NCBI GenBank assembly: GCA_951406725.2
Contig: OX597829.1
Span: 16,926,001-16,990,000, forward strand
DNA: 64,000 bases
Direction of reading: 5' to 3'
Origin: Octopus vulgaris
Lineage: Eukaryota
The translations under genes and the position numbers were made by a program. Shown here piece by piece: positions 27,124 to 42,959 of this stretch (its first letter is position 1; the number at the start of each line of letters is the position of its first letter). The notes below the pieces were generated by a model that was not told the origin of the DNA, did no database searches, and saw only the letters and a list, made by a program, of their open reading frames with translations.

Positions 27124-27496
27124 ATGTCTGCACTTATATACAGAATTACCATATGGAGCTCAAGGAAGCAGAAGAGGACCAGTCGGACTGTTAAAGCGCA
27201 GACTTCTTCCAAACTCAAAAGCTGTTCGGGAAACCTTCACCCAGGTGAACAGCGGGCAAGTTTACCAGATGAGTTATCACATAGCAATGCAAATCAGAAA
27301 CATGTCACTCGATATCATTCACGGTGACGAGAAGTTAGTCGAAATTACAGTTCCATTGCTGGCCACGCCCCCTGCCCCGACCAAAAGAAGGAAGCAGACG
27401 AAGGTCACGTGTGGGACTGATACAAATACGTCAAAGGAGGAGTACTTCCAGGATAAATTACCCGATGAAATGATGCTGAAGATTTCTAGTTTTCTT
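27124..27496 (+). pseudogene. FBXO11: FBXO11-like N-terminus/F-box start, with a stop codon and a frameshift
   Basis: EEYFQDKLPDEMMLKISSFL (27437-27496) closely resembles the FBXO11 F-box start [20 protein letters not shown] as recalled; basic KRRKQTK before it; upstream frame MSAL...TRYHSR* with TGA at 27325. Confidence 0.6.
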
Positions 27497-27590
27497 GTAC
27501 CTGATACTATGTACATGATAACACTTCCTATCATTTAAGATCAGAAACCATGAGAACCAGCGCCTGGTACTAAATAATGAGATTTCTTTT

Positions 27591-28071
<481 letters not shown>

Positions 28072-28913
28072 TCCTGTCACTGATGTTGTTTTTATTGTTA
28101 TGATTATTTTCCACGTTGTCACATAAATTGAACTCTTGGAATTGGAAAGTACCATATTCCTGAAAGAGGTTCCATTAATTCTCTATCATTGTGAACTAAG
28201 ATACATTTCTGCTGGTATACGAAAATTACACTGCAAGTATAATCTGCCGACTACATCATTCTTTCAAAAATAAAAGACTACGAGCTTTTATAATATCTGT
28301 GAGTGTGTGTGACATTTGCCTGAGTGTGTTCGTGTATGTGTGTATTCGATGGAGAGAGGGAGAGAAAGAAATTACGTATATTGTATATGAATTGTATCTG
28401 TGTATATGTTTATTTCTATGTTCAAAATATATGTGTGTACATATATACGTATGCGTGAAAGAATTTTATTTGTGTGCATGCGTGTGCGTGTGTGTTAGTG
28501 TTAACACGTATGTGTGTATGCATGAATATATGCAAATACAAATGAGATTCTACCTCTCCTCCAGTCCTCTCTCCTTCTCTTTCTCTTTCTTTCTCTCTCT
28601 CTCTAACTCTCTCTCTCTCTCTCTCTCTCTCCCTCTCTGTATGTCTGATTATTGTAACTGTGTGCGCGTAGTCAATACATACAGAGCTTTTATATCCGTT
28701 TCTTGTAAACTGAAGCGACGATCCGCCATTGTTTTCAATGTTTGTCTGGGCGTTCTTGAGAGAGAAACATGCAGAGAAGTTTCAACTTACAGCAACTGAA
28801 TATATCCACAAATAAATATGCGAGTATGTACGTATGTATATAGTTCCATCCATCCATCCATCCGTTCATCCATCCATCCATCCATCCATCCATCCATCCA
28901 TCCATCCATCCAG

Positions 28914-28986
<73 letters not shown>

Positions 28987-28996
28987 AGTCTGTCTG

Positions 28997-29051
<55 letters not shown>

Positions 29052-29176
29052 GTCTATCTATCTATCAATTTATCTATCTATCTATATATATTTGTGTGTG
29101 TGTGTGTGTGTGTGTGTTTATACACATACTCACACACGCACACATTTATATACATATGTATATATGCATGTGTGTG

Positions 29177-29214
<38 letters not shown>

Positions 29215-29234
29215 TGTGTGTGTATGCATATATT

Positions 29235-29293
<59 letters not shown>

Positions 29294-29515
29294 GAATGTA
29301 TATATATATATACATATATATATGCATACATATATATGTATGTATGTACGTATGCTTGTGTATGGGGAGAGAAGTGAGTGGGGACTGAAAAAAGGTGAGA
29401 CAAGTATAGCAATGATAGGAGTTAATACATAAGTGTTCTGGCGTATGTTTTGTGCCTGGTAATTGTTTTGTGCGTACGAAGTTACAATATACGGTTTGTT
29501 TGCATAACCAATAAA

Positions 29516-29553
<38 letters not shown>

Positions 29554-29638
29554 AGCTCTTTTCTCTTTCTCTTTCTCTCTCTCTCTCTCTCTCTTGCTCT
29601 CTGACTATGTATATACATACATATGGGTATGTGCGTGC

Positions 29639-29672
<34 letters not shown>

Positions 29673-29737
29673 GTAAATGTGTAAATGTATATATGTAAAT
29701 GTATAAACGTATATATGTAAATGTGTGCGTGTGTGTG

Positions 29738-29785
<48 letters not shown>

Positions 29786-30074
29786 TGTGCATGTTTATGC
29801 CAAGAATTTAGAATGTGTCGAAATCTAGCTCCTCCACGGAAACGTCTATGTATCGAGGTTTTCAGATATTTGTACTTTAGCGGGATTATACAAACAGGTT
29901 TCTCATTGTTTGCTTTTTTTTTTTTGGTCTTTTTCTTTGCTTTTCTCATAATGTATTATCAATTTGTGTGTGTGTGTGTGTGTGTGTGGTGAAATTCATT
30001 TCTCTGCAATTATCTTGACTATTTCCTTCTCTCAGTGTCAATCTGTGTTCTTGCATGTACAAAAAAATGTACAT

Positions 30075-30809
30075 ACGTATGTATGTATGTATGTGTGTAT
30101 GTATGCATGCATGCATGCATGTATGTATGTATGTATGTATGTATGTATGTATGAATGTATGTTTGTAAGTATGTATGTGTGTATGTAAGTATGTATATAT
30201 GTATTTGTGTATGTATGTATGTATGTATGTATGTATGTATGTATGTATGTATTTGTGTATGTATGTATGTATGTATGTATGTATGTATGTATGTATGTAT
30301 GTATGTATGTATGTATGTGTGTATGTATGTATGTATGTATGTGTGTATGTATGCATGCATGTATGTATGTATGTGTGTATGTATGTATGTATGTATGTAT
30401 GTATGTGTGTATGTTTGTATGTATGTATGTATTTGTGTATGTATGTATGTATGTATGTATGTATGTATGTATGTATGTATGTATGTGTGTATGTATGTAT
30501 GTATTTGTGTATGTATGTATGTATGTATGTATATATGTATGTATGTATGTGTGTATGTATGTATGTATGTATGTTTGTAAGTATGTATGTGTGTATGTAA
30601 GTATGTATGTATGTATGCGTGTATGTATGTATGTATGTATGTATGTATGTATGTGTGTATGTATGTATGTATGTATTTGTGTATGTATGTATGTATGTAT
30701 GTATATATGTATGTATGTGTGTATGTATGTATCTATGTTTGTAAGTATGTATGTTTGTATGTAAGTATGTATGTATGTATGCGTGTATGTATGTATGTTT
30801 GTAAGTATG

Positions 30810-30843
<34 letters not shown>

Positions 30844-30970
30844 TGTATATATGTATGTATGTATGTACGTAAGTATGTATGTATGCCTGTATGTATGTTT
30901 GTTAAGTATGTATGTTTGTAAGAATGTATGTTTGTAAGTATGTATGTATGAGTGTATGTATGTGTGTGTA
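30075..30970. repeat. (TATG)n degenerate microsatellite
   Basis: Direct observation. Confidence 0.95.
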
Positions 30971-31291
30971 TTTATGTATGTAAATATGCATGTGTACATG
31001 TGTTAATATGTGTGTGATGCGTGTATGTGTGTACGTGTCTGTGTATATATATGTGTATATATAATGTCGCGACTGCAGTGATACGCATAGCCACTCCCGA
31101 TTCGAGTGAGAAGACGCTCGTGGCTGCCTAATGCATACACACACATACACGCTCGCACACACGCATACACACAGACTCACACGCGCCTGCGCACATACAT
31201 GCTGGATAAAGAAAAATACAACAGGGACAACTTTTCACAAAGGTTCTATTAGTTTCACATTTGAAAAGAAAAGAAGAGGATAAAGGCGTTT

Positions 31292-31320
31292 GACGTTTCG
31301 GTCATAGTGTGCTTCATCAG
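31292..31320 (-). ncRNA. Penelope-type minimal hammerhead motif (stems decayed)
   Basis: Minus strand ctgatga-agcacactatgacc-gaaa-cgtc: intact core, palindromic ACGT, GUC triplet. Confidence 0.55.
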
Positions 31321-31641
31321 GTTAAATGAAGGGAAAATGACGGGTGGGTGAAAAGTGGGGGAATAGAGGGCAGAGTAGGAAAAAAGTCAGTGGCGGTGAA
31401 ACTCATAGTACTCTGCAAACGAAAATACAAACATATAGCTGGGAACCAAGCGTTTTACCACAGAGCTACGCCGCTTGAATACAGTTACAAAATCTTATCA
31501 ACATTTAGTAGCAAACTCCCGAAAGCGATATCAATGAAAGAATATCACTAATATCGTAAGCCGTTCACATAGCGAAATCCTATCGACCAGACCGCCGTTC
31601 AATTGCATACCAAAATAACGTACAAACGAGCTGTAGAAGAC

Positions 31642-31841
31642 GGCGCAGGCGTGGCTGTATAGTAAGAAGCCTTCTTCCCAACCACTTGGTTCCGAGTTCA
31701 CTACCACTGCATGGAACCTTGGGCAAGTGTCTTTCTTCTACTATATCCTTGGGGCGACCAAAGCCCTGTCAGTGGATTTGGTAGACTGAAACTAACAGAA
31801 GCCCATTTTGTGCGTGCGTGTGCGTGCGTGCGTGTGCGTGC

Positions 31842-31877
<36 letters not shown>

Positions 31878-32155
31878 GTGTGTTTACATTTGCGTGTCTG
31901 TGTATATGTGTTGGCGGAGAGGGTGTGGCGTCCGTGTTCCAGTGTTTGTCGCTCACCCCTGCTTCACAACCGGTGTTGTATTTACGACCCCGTAACTTAG
32001 CAGTTCGATAAAGAGAACCGACTTTTTACAAAACAGGCTTTTTTTTTTTACAAAAAGATAAAATTGATAAGTTCTACAGTTCATTCATTCAACAAAAAAT
32101 TCTTCGAGGCAGTGCTCCAGCATAGCCGCAGCTTAATAAACTGAAACAAGTAACA
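31642..32155 (+). mobile_element. SINE family B, full length, diverged
   Basis: ggcgcaggcgtggctgt head ... gtgctccagcatagccgcag tail. Confidence 0.85.
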
Positions 32156-32357
32156 GATAGAAGCTGGGCGATAAAATGTAAACGAAAGCCGAATATTATG
32201 CACAAATGTATCTCTTGCAGTCTGTACAAACGCGGCAGAGAATGTCATTTGTCCAGATTATCAAAGATGCAATGAGTGAATTAATAACAGATTTATATTT
32301 TTTTTTAAATTGTTTGGTTTTGGAAGAACAAGCAAAACCTGTCTGGCATCCACTAGT

Positions 32358-32440
32358 TCAGGGTCCAGGTTTCCACAACAGCAGACCGCGTAGTTATATC
32401 GGACGGTGGACCATTTGGTACCGGGCCGCACAGGAAGGAT
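32358..32440 (+). mobile_element. Possible hAT (Charlie-like) terminal fragment
   Basis: cagggtcc...ggaccatttggtaccgggccgcacag resembles Charlie-type ends; no partner TIR seen. Confidence 0.35.
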
Positions 32441-32545
32441 AACTTTTTCTAAAAGAATTTTGAGCTGTATTATATAAACAACAATGCCATTATAGTAGTA
32501 GAAATAAAGTGTTTAATATAGAATGCAATAATTACGTTTGAGCAA

Positions 32546-32664
32546 TGTATGTATGTATGTATGTATGTATGTATGTATGTATGTATGTATGTATGTATGT
32601 ATGTATGTATGTATGTATGTATGTATGTATGTATGTATGCAAATATGTATGTATGTATGTATGC

Positions 32665-32695
<31 letters not shown>

Positions 32696-32879
32696 CATGC
32701 ATGCATGTATGTATGTATGTATGTATGTATGTATGCATGTATGCATTTATGTATGTATGCATGTATGTATGTATGTATATATGTATGTATGTATGTATGT
32801 ATGCATGCATGCATGTATGTATGTATGTATGTATGTATGCATGTATGCATTTATGTATGTATGCATGTATGTATGTATG

Positions 32880-32913
<34 letters not shown>

Positions 32914-33000
32914 TGTATGCATTTATGTATGTATGTATGTATGTATGTATGTATGCATGTATGTATGTATGTATGTATGTATGTATGTATGTATGTATGC

Positions 33001-33033
<33 letters not shown>

Positions 33034-33600
33034 TGTATGTATGTATGCATGCATGCATGCATGTATGTATGTATGTATGTATGCATGTATGCATTTATGT
33101 ATGTATGCATGTATGTATGTATGTATATATGTATGTATGTATGTATGTATGCATGTATGCATTTATGTATGTATGCATGTATGTATGTATGTATATATGT
33201 ATGTATGTATGTATGCATGTATGCATTTATGTATGTATGCATGTATGTATGTATGTATATATGTATGCATGCATGTATGCATGTATGTATGCATGCATGT
33301 ATGTATGTATGCATGCGTGTATATATGTATGCATGCATGTATATATGCATGCATGTATGCATGCATGTATGTATGTATGTATGCGTGCATATATATATAT
33401 GTCTGTATGTATGCATGTATGTATGCCTCTATGTATGTATGAATGCATGTATGTATGTATTTATATATATATATGTATGTACTTATGTATGTATGAATGT
33501 ATGTATGTATGTATGTTTGTGAGTGTATGTATGCATGTATGTATGTATGAATGTATGTACTTATGTATGTATGTGTGTATGTATGAATGTATGTATGTAT
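32546..33600. repeat. (TATG/CATG)n tract, ~1 kb
   Basis: Direct observation; source of the 294-378-aa spurious ORFs. Confidence 0.97.
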
Positions 33601-33610
33601 ATATATTAAT

Positions 33611-33958
33611 GCGCATGGCTCAATGGTTAGGGCGTCGAACTCATCATTATGAGGTAGTGAGTACGATTCTCTGATCGGGTTGCGTGTTATGTCCTTGAGC
33701 AAGACACTTTATTTCACGTTGCTCCAGTTCACTCAGGTGTAGAAATGAGTTGTGACGTCACTGGTGCCAAGCTGGATCGACCTATACCATTCCCTTGGAT
33801 AACATCAGTGGTGTGGAGGGGGAGACAGGTATGCATGGGTGACTGCTGGTTTTCCAAAGAAAACACTTTGCCCGGACCTGTGCATTGGAGGATAAGTTTT
33901 TAGGTGCAATCCCATGGTCGTTCATGGGATTGAATCTGAAGGGGGTCTTTACCTTTTT
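33611..33958 (+). mobile_element. SINE family D (tRNA head, CORE-like centre)
   Basis: gcgcatggctcaatggttag head; ccttgagcaagacactt; second copy at 54288-54600. Confidence 0.85.
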
Positions 33959-33963
33959 ACTTG

Positions 33964-34748
33964 TGTATGTATGTATGTATGTATGCATGCATGTATATAT
34001 GTATGTATGTATGTGTATGTATGTAGGTATGTATGAATGTATGTATGTATGTATGTATGTATGTATGTATGTATGCATGCATGTATGTATATATGTATAT
34101 ATATGTATGCATGCATGCATGTATATATGTATGTATGTATGTATGTATGCGTGTATATATTTATGTATGTATGTATGTATGCATGCATGTATATATGTAT
34201 GTATGTATGCATGCATGTATGTATGTATGTATGTATGTATGTATGTATGTATGTATGTATGCATGTATGTATGCATGCATGTATTTATGTATGTATGTAT
34301 GCATGTATGTATCTATATATGTATGCATGTATGTATGCATGCATGTATATATGTATGTATGTATGCATGCATGTATGTATGCATGTATGTATGTATGTAT
34401 GTATGCATGTATGTATGTATCTATGCATATATGTATGTATGTATGTATGTAAGTATGTATGTGTGTATGTATGTATGTATTTATGTATGTATGTATGTAT
34501 GTGTGTGTATGTATGTATGTATGCATGTATGTATGCATGTATGTATGTATGTATGAATGTATGTGTGTATGTATGTATATATGTATGTATGTATGTGTGT
34601 GTATGTATGTATGTATGTATATGTGTATGCATGCATGCATGTATGTATGTATGCATGCATGCATGTATGTATGTTTGTTGTATGTATGTATGTATGTATG
34701 TATGTATGTATGTATGTATGTATGTATGTATGTATGTATGTATGTATA
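33964..34748. repeat. (TATG/CATG)n tract
   Basis: Direct observation. Confidence 0.95.
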
Positions 34749-34754
34749 TTGCTT

Positions 34755-34902
34755 GTGGATCTGTTTGGAAGGCATGATTATTGGAAAGAGAACCAGGGAT
34801 AACCAACCTAAAAATCAGAGAGATAACATCACAGCATAGGCAGGTCTTGGTGTAGTTTCACTGAATGATCTTATCAAAGATCGAATACTATGGAGGCAAC
34901 GT
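34755..34902 (+). mobile_element. RTE-like LINE 3' end relic
   Basis: CLEGMIIGKRTR..QPK...DNI...KDRILWRQ typical of the RTE C-terminus. Confidence 0.6.
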
Positions 34903-35137
34903 TATTTTTTTAAAAAAAAGGTGTAATAATTAAATTACATATATGCATTATTGTGTTTTGTTTTTTACTTTCTCCCTCGGCCGTGGTAAAACTTGTCTAG
35001 CATGAAATCAGTCAGTGGCATAAAAATAGCTCCAAATTATCTCGAAGGGCTTGTAAATCTTTGTAAACTTTCCATATTGTATTTCTTTAAATAAGCCTAC
35101 CTGCACAGTCATATGTGTGTACGTGGAGTACGTATAC

Positions 35138-36480
35138 ATAGTTGGTAGGTCGGATCAAAATTGTTTTTCGTATTTCAAGCTTCAATTAATAGTTCAAAGT
35201 ATGTACGAAAAGCGTTTATTCACATTCTATTGTCTGTTGCCATCGTTGTGCCAGAAGCTCAATTCCACACTTATACCGTTTGGCTGGTTTAGATGTATAA
35301 AACTCCCTGCAGCCGGTTTCAACTTCAACCACATTGTTGAACCTCCGTTCATGCAAGAAATGGTGTGTGCAGAAAATGGCTCGGAAAAGGTGATAATCAG
35401 ATGTTGCAAATCTAGACTATAAGCAGAGTGAGATACCACTATGAAAAAATTAGAGTGCTCAGAGCGAGCCCCGCCGGCTTGCATAAGAAAAGCATGGAAT
35501 GATGGAAAATGGCCTCGTCCGCGCGTCATCCGTCGGTCTCCGTTCACGTCGAGGCAATGATCGAAGGGAGTGAGATACCATTTGCAATCCCTCACATCCT
35601 TCAAGTTTGTGTTTGGCTACATGCAATGTATGCTGAAGTATTTTCATATAGTTGGAGAGCTCATCTTCGATTGACAAATGCCGAGTAGAGGGCTTTCAAA
35701 GTATCATAAACTCGCTGCAGTTGTTAAGCATAAAGTTGAGCGTTCGCAGCATGACCATCTGGGGCAAACTCAAAAGTGCAACACCCCACTTAAAATTACA
35801 TCAAATACACGACATGCCCTATTCAGATGGCTTTGCCTGACATCATCAGGTTCTGAAACCTCGCCAGAACGAAGCTACTGTTTTCTCATATTAAGATTAC
35901 GAAAATAGTTCCATTTTTCATTCTTATTTACAATTCAATACCAGAACGGGCATTTCGAGGATTTGACAGCAGTTGCTTGGAAATGTTCACACGTTGTAGA
36001 GCATGGCGATTGCTCACTTCATGAAGATTTCTCAACCACATCTGTTGACAAGGTTGAACTTATGTGGGTATCGATTGATGGTGCTTTGTTAAGGACCAAG
36101 TTCTGCTGACAATGTAAGAGTGCTTATGTTTGGTTGTTGTTCAACCATTTCAAGTAAAGCCTCATCTTCTATAACAGAAGTTCTTCCTGACCTTAGTTTG
36201 TCTTCGAGGCTGATTGTACCTTCCTTGAAACGTCTGAACAAAAATTGCACCACACATTTGTCGACAGTTCCTAGGACTTCCACATTATCAATTTCTTTTG
36301 CCGCTGCCCTGGTACTCAAACCTTTTCTTCCACAAGCTGCGTAAAATGAATCTAATTGCAATTTTTTCACCTCTCATTATCGAAGTTGCAAAATAAAGAA
36401 TAAACAATTAATTTATATTAATCTTCAACTAACTTAAAGGAAATAGCATTGTCGAATTCTTACTGACCTGTGAAGTACTA
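35138..36480 (-). mobile_element. mariner-type transposon relic
   Basis: N-terminal AAAKEI..V..GTV......FRRFKEG..SLEDKLRSGR; C-terminal HSAYSLDL (HPPYSPDL-like); ~1.35 kb; multiple stops and frameshifts. Confidence 0.8.
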
Positions 36481-36511
36481 TACATACACATATACATACA
36501 TATATACAAAT

Positions 36512-37263
<752 letters not shown>

Positions 37264-37385
37264 ACATATAGATGTATAGATATACATACATACATACATA
37301 TACATACATACGTACATTTACATACATACGTACGTACGAACGTACGTACATACATACGTACATACATACGTACATACATACATAC

Positions 37386-37416
<31 letters not shown>

Positions 37417-37745
37417 ATACATACATACATAATACATACATACATACATATACAAAATAGAAAGGCACATTCATTTCGATACTTACAAACATACGCATGC
37501 GTAGATATGTAAATATAAGAATACATATCACACATACATGGGCACAAGCACACACAGATATGCCACGCGCGTGCTCATACTCATGAATACATACGCTAAT
37601 ATATATAAGTCCTACACACATAAACATATTTGCATGTGTAATGTTCGTATAATACAGAGCCCCTGCCTATATATATGTGTTCAAACATTCATATATACGT
37701 ATATAGATACATATAAAAATATATGTATATGTACATATACATGTG

Positions 37746-37788
<43 letters not shown>

Positions 37789-37995
37789 CACACATGTATA
37801 TGTACATATACATATATTTTTATATGTATCTATATACATATATATAGATATATCTATATACATATATATATAGATATATATAAGCGTGTATGTGTGTACA
37901 TATAAATATATGCTTATATACATATATTTATAAAACCATATACTTTTGTATACGCATACAGGCACACATGCCTGTTTGTGCGTATGTGTGTATAT

Positions 37996-38031
<36 letters not shown>

Positions 38032-38087
38032 GTATGTATATATGTATATATATATATATATATATATGAGTGTATATATATATATGA

Positions 38088-38122
<35 letters not shown>

Positions 38123-38168
38123 TGTATGTCAGTGTAGATGTGCGTATGCGTGCGTATGTATGCACGGA

Positions 38169-38210
<42 letters not shown>

Positions 38211-38492
38211 GACACCATAGACACGCAGGCACGCACTTGTGAGAAGATATATGGCTGCATAAAAATAATGCTGATGAAAAAAGACAAACAAAAAAAAAAA
38301 AAGGAAAAAGAAGAAAAAACGTAAGGAAACAAAAGAGTCTACATCTGTATAAATTGATATATGTATGTAAACGTCTATAGCTAAATTCATTTTGAGGTAT
38401 GCCAGCGTTAAATAAATGATTTCCCAGGTTTGTTGGTGCACTGTTTCATCGTCATCTTTGTTTTTATTTCTTCACGGTTCTTGTATATATAT

Positions 38493-38770
<278 letters not shown>

Positions 38771-38981
38771 GTGTGTGTGTGGAGTTTGTGTTTTTGTTAT
38801 TGCGAGAATTGTTTTTTTGGTTGTTGTTGTTGCTTTGCTGAAAATTGAAATGGATATAAGTTTTGTTCGTCATATGGTACTCATCTATTTCGTATTATTA
38901 TTTTTTTTTTATTCCTAGTGAATAAAAAGAAAACAAGGAAGAAAAGACAGGGAGGACTCTTGTGTGTGCGAGTGTATATTG

Positions 38982-39028
<47 letters not shown>

Positions 39029-39134
39029 ACATAAACACATACACACAGAAATAAGGGCATATACACCTGTATATCTATATATATACACATATGTGCGTAT
39101 ATATATATATATACATATGTATGTTTATATATAT

Positions 39135-39224
<90 letters not shown>

Positions 39225-39261
39225 GTACATATTTATATATAGATATACGTATATCTATACA

Positions 39262-39360
<99 letters not shown>

Positions 39361-39612
39361 CTTTATATATAAACATATATATACACATATGTACACACAT
39401 ATATTTATATAACTACATAACTATTAGTATACATACAGACTTTTGTGTGCGTTGCTCTGTGTGGGTGCGTGACTGTGTGTGTGTATGTGTGTATGTATGT
39501 GAGTGTGTTGTGTTTACGTATGCGCATGCACAATAATTCGATACCATTGTATAAAGACTGAAAGTAAACTATATATCTACACTGTAATTAAAATAATTTT
39601 TGTTTGTTCACG

Positions 39613-39651
<39 letters not shown>

Positions 39652-40006
39652 CACATATATATATATATCATCAGTAGGAGTCTTACCTCGTACCACTTAT
39701 TCCACGAACTCCCAATGCGCCATATTAAATTAATTCTGACTCCTTCCTGGTCAACATATACACCAATCATATTCTTTCGACATTTCCTTTATCGAAGTCG
39801 ACTTCTTAGTCGCACCAAGTACAGGGTTTTCGGTCAGAATTTGACGATTCGCATAAAAGGAAAAGGAAAAGGAGACAGAATATCCACTCTAAAAATAAAA
39901 AAGTATTTTAATAAATGAAAAAAAAAAGTGTGGGGTGGGGGTGGAGAATATATCAACTTGATTATGGCTAGAAAGATACTGCAATGTAAAAGCCGTTTTG
40001 GTAACC

Positions 40007-40660
40007 AAGATAAAGGATGTGTTCGAAGATGTTCTCAGGCATACAGTGAAGAACGCATGCACCAGTCTGCGAAGCTGTCTTGATGCCTTGGTAGAAGCTG
40101 AGAGCGCTACTTAATATCTTTCCCAACCGCATCCCACAAGTTGTAATCTATGGGATTACATTCGGTGAAATTAGAAGGCTTTAGATTGGGGCTTGTGGAA
40201 ATTGAGACAAGCATTCCTCACTCTTTCCGGAGGTATGGTAAAGAGATGGATCCTACCACCACACAACTGACCCTTTAACAACACGCCTCTCTAGGTCCAA
40301 CAACCATCTCTCTCTCTCTCCAAAGCCTGGATTCCCTTGCTCGGATCTTCCATCACCTTGCCCTGCACTTTTTGGGCGAATTCCAGCGTGCGGACGCAGT
40401 CAGAACGCCAGCTGTGCCCTCTTTCTACTGTCCACAGTATCGTAGTCTCCGTTGCAGCTGTCCATCTCACGTCTTACAAACTGTACAGTCTTCACAGACC
40501 TTTGACTAGCAATCATAATATCGGCATTTTGGATACCAGCTCGAATCATCACGATACAAATGCCTCTTTTTCTCGCATTCAAATGGCCTCCAGCCCTCCA
40601 TGCCAGCTAACTTTTTCTCAACTGCAACTTTAATCTTTATGCTCTCCAACACTGTCAACT
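40007..40660. mobile_element. Scrambled maT/DD37D-like transposase relic
   Basis: Minus: MIRAG..NADI...VKTVQ.VRREMD..NGDY, VRT.EF..KVQ..VMEDPSKGI (40325-40580) and CNPIDYNLWDAVGKD (40110-40162); plus: KIKDVFED...VKNAC..LRS.LDALVEAE (40007-40105). Confidence 0.65.
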
Positions 40661-40747
40661 TTTCACCAAAGCATACAACTGTTCCTGAAAAACAAAGAGA
40701 CATAAAATATCGTCAAATATAGCTCTAATACTCAGTAGAGCGAAAAG

Positions 40748-40803
<56 letters not shown>

Positions 40804-41179
40804 ATACAAAATACAAAGTTATATTTTGAGATCGCTAGTGATAACAATACTCAAAATATATAACAGACTGGAATCGTGGTGCTCCAAATGAGCTATATTC
40901 CACTTGTTAATCTGAGGGGAGGCAACGTGAGCAGCAAATAAAGGAACATTACAAAATCCACAGAAAGACCAAACACATACATATATTCATATATTCATTT
41001 ATATCTACAGAACAGATATAAAGTCCGACGTTTAAAAATATAGTAATATATAATAATATATAAATAAATAAACATCATATAAAATACATAAATATATAAG
41101 AATCAGTGTTGCATATAAAACACATTGAATTTACGCTTAAAATCATAAAATATTTGGTAAAAATTTGCTAAATTAAAAA

Positions 41180-41729
41180 TTTGGAGACGAGTTGCGGCAA
41201 AGCGTGCCTCACAAATGGCGACCACACCTGTTCACCGTCGTCTACGTAGAGCCGGAGATTTCGCAGTCTCAGCGCATCATCAACCACGGCATGCCCAGTC
41301 CTCCTTTTAACGGGTGTTGACAGCAAATGGATCGCCTGACCATCGGAATGCATCCTTTCCACAAGAAGCAGAAGAGAATGCACGACAGTCAGGCGGTTGT
41401 AGATGACGGAAGCGATGTACGTATTCGCCACCTCTGTTCGATCTTTTAGGGCCAGTTTCCTCTCGGCCCATTGCCGGGCGAGTGTGACCACCCTTCTCGT
41501 TATCTCGTTCCAGTTCTTCTCCATTTGGAGGTCCGGACCAAACCAGACCCCGAGCAACTCGACCGGACCGTCGGTCCAGCGTCCCACGACGGAGGCGCTG
41601 GTGGACAGCATGGGCTTGCTTCTCCAGGTGCCGAGCCGCTAGCCCATTGACTTTCCCGGTTGATTTTTTCTCCTGTCACCGCTTCGTAGTATTTCAGTGT
41701 CTCGCCGACCAACACGATGTGTTCGTGGC
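41180..41729 (-). mobile_element. L1/Tx1-like LINE RT C-terminal relic
   Basis: YEAVTGEKINRE; GPVELLGVWFGPD..MEKNW; W..RKLALKDR..VANTYI.S.I. Confidence 0.75.
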
Positions 41730-41793
<64 letters not shown>

Positions 41794-41825
41794 CAGACAG
41801 ATATATATATATATATATATATATC

Positions 41826-41905
<80 letters not shown>

Positions 41906-42441
41906 TATAATATATAATATATAATATATAATATATAATATATAATATATAATAAATATATGAGTGTGTGTATGTATGTTTGTGAGGGGGTAGGAGTGTC
42001 CCATTTATGACTTAAAACTACATTCCTCTGATAGGCCCTGAATGGGGAGTTCCAGTGTTTCGATGTGTGTGGACCCACCTCTTAGTCCCTTTTTTGTTTC
42101 CAGGTCTACTCTGACCTGGAATAGTAGAACCTCTCAAGATCTCAGCTTTGGGTTAACTGGCATATGAACGACGAGTTGATGTCCGTGGGTATAGTAGGAA
42201 TGAGAGATCCCTTGTCTTTGTCAAGGCATCCCTCTAAGAGAAGGCTAACTCGTAAATAAAACCCGCTGCTCTGCTCAGCTGGATATCTTTTACTCTGCTT
42301 GTCTCTTGGCTTCTTGGTATTGCTAGTGAGAGTCGTTGTAATATTGTACAAGCCGCACTACACCTTAAACCCTTGCACTATCTGTAAGCGATCGTTATGC
42401 TAGTCAAGCGAATAGCCAGCCATTACATATGTACGTATGTG

Positions 42442-42473
<32 letters not shown>

Positions 42474-42749
42474 TGTATGTATGTATGTATGTATGTATGT
42501 ATGTATGTATATGTATGTATATATATATATGTATGTATGTATGAATGTATGTATGTATTTATGTATGTATGTATGTATGCATGTAAGTATGTGTGTGTGT
42601 ATATATATATATATGTATTTACGAATGTATGTACATATTCATAAAAATGATTCATGTAGAAAAATTATTCTTACAATACATAATTATTCAGTCTTCCTAC
42701 ACTAGCGTCAAAGTATTAGGCATACACACACCTAAATACACGCGCACGC

Positions 42750-42787
<38 letters not shown>

Positions 42788-42806
42788 GTGCGCGCGCACA
42801 CACACA

Positions 42807-42865
<59 letters not shown>

Positions 42866-42959
42866 GATATACAAGAGAAATATATCATAGTTTAATATAT
42901 AAGGAAATGATTGATGTCAGTATTAAATATCTACATAAGTATGAAATTCATAAGTGTAA

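Noticed and set aside
31085-31126. Small GC-rich hairpin possibly ribozyme-like
   Set aside because: Stems overlap and fit no known fold; single copy
32532-34839. Long ORFs (up to 378 aa) of MYVC/HTYI repeats, and similar poly-I/L/N/YI ORFs throughout
   Set aside because: Translations of stop-free microsatellites, open in several frames on both strands
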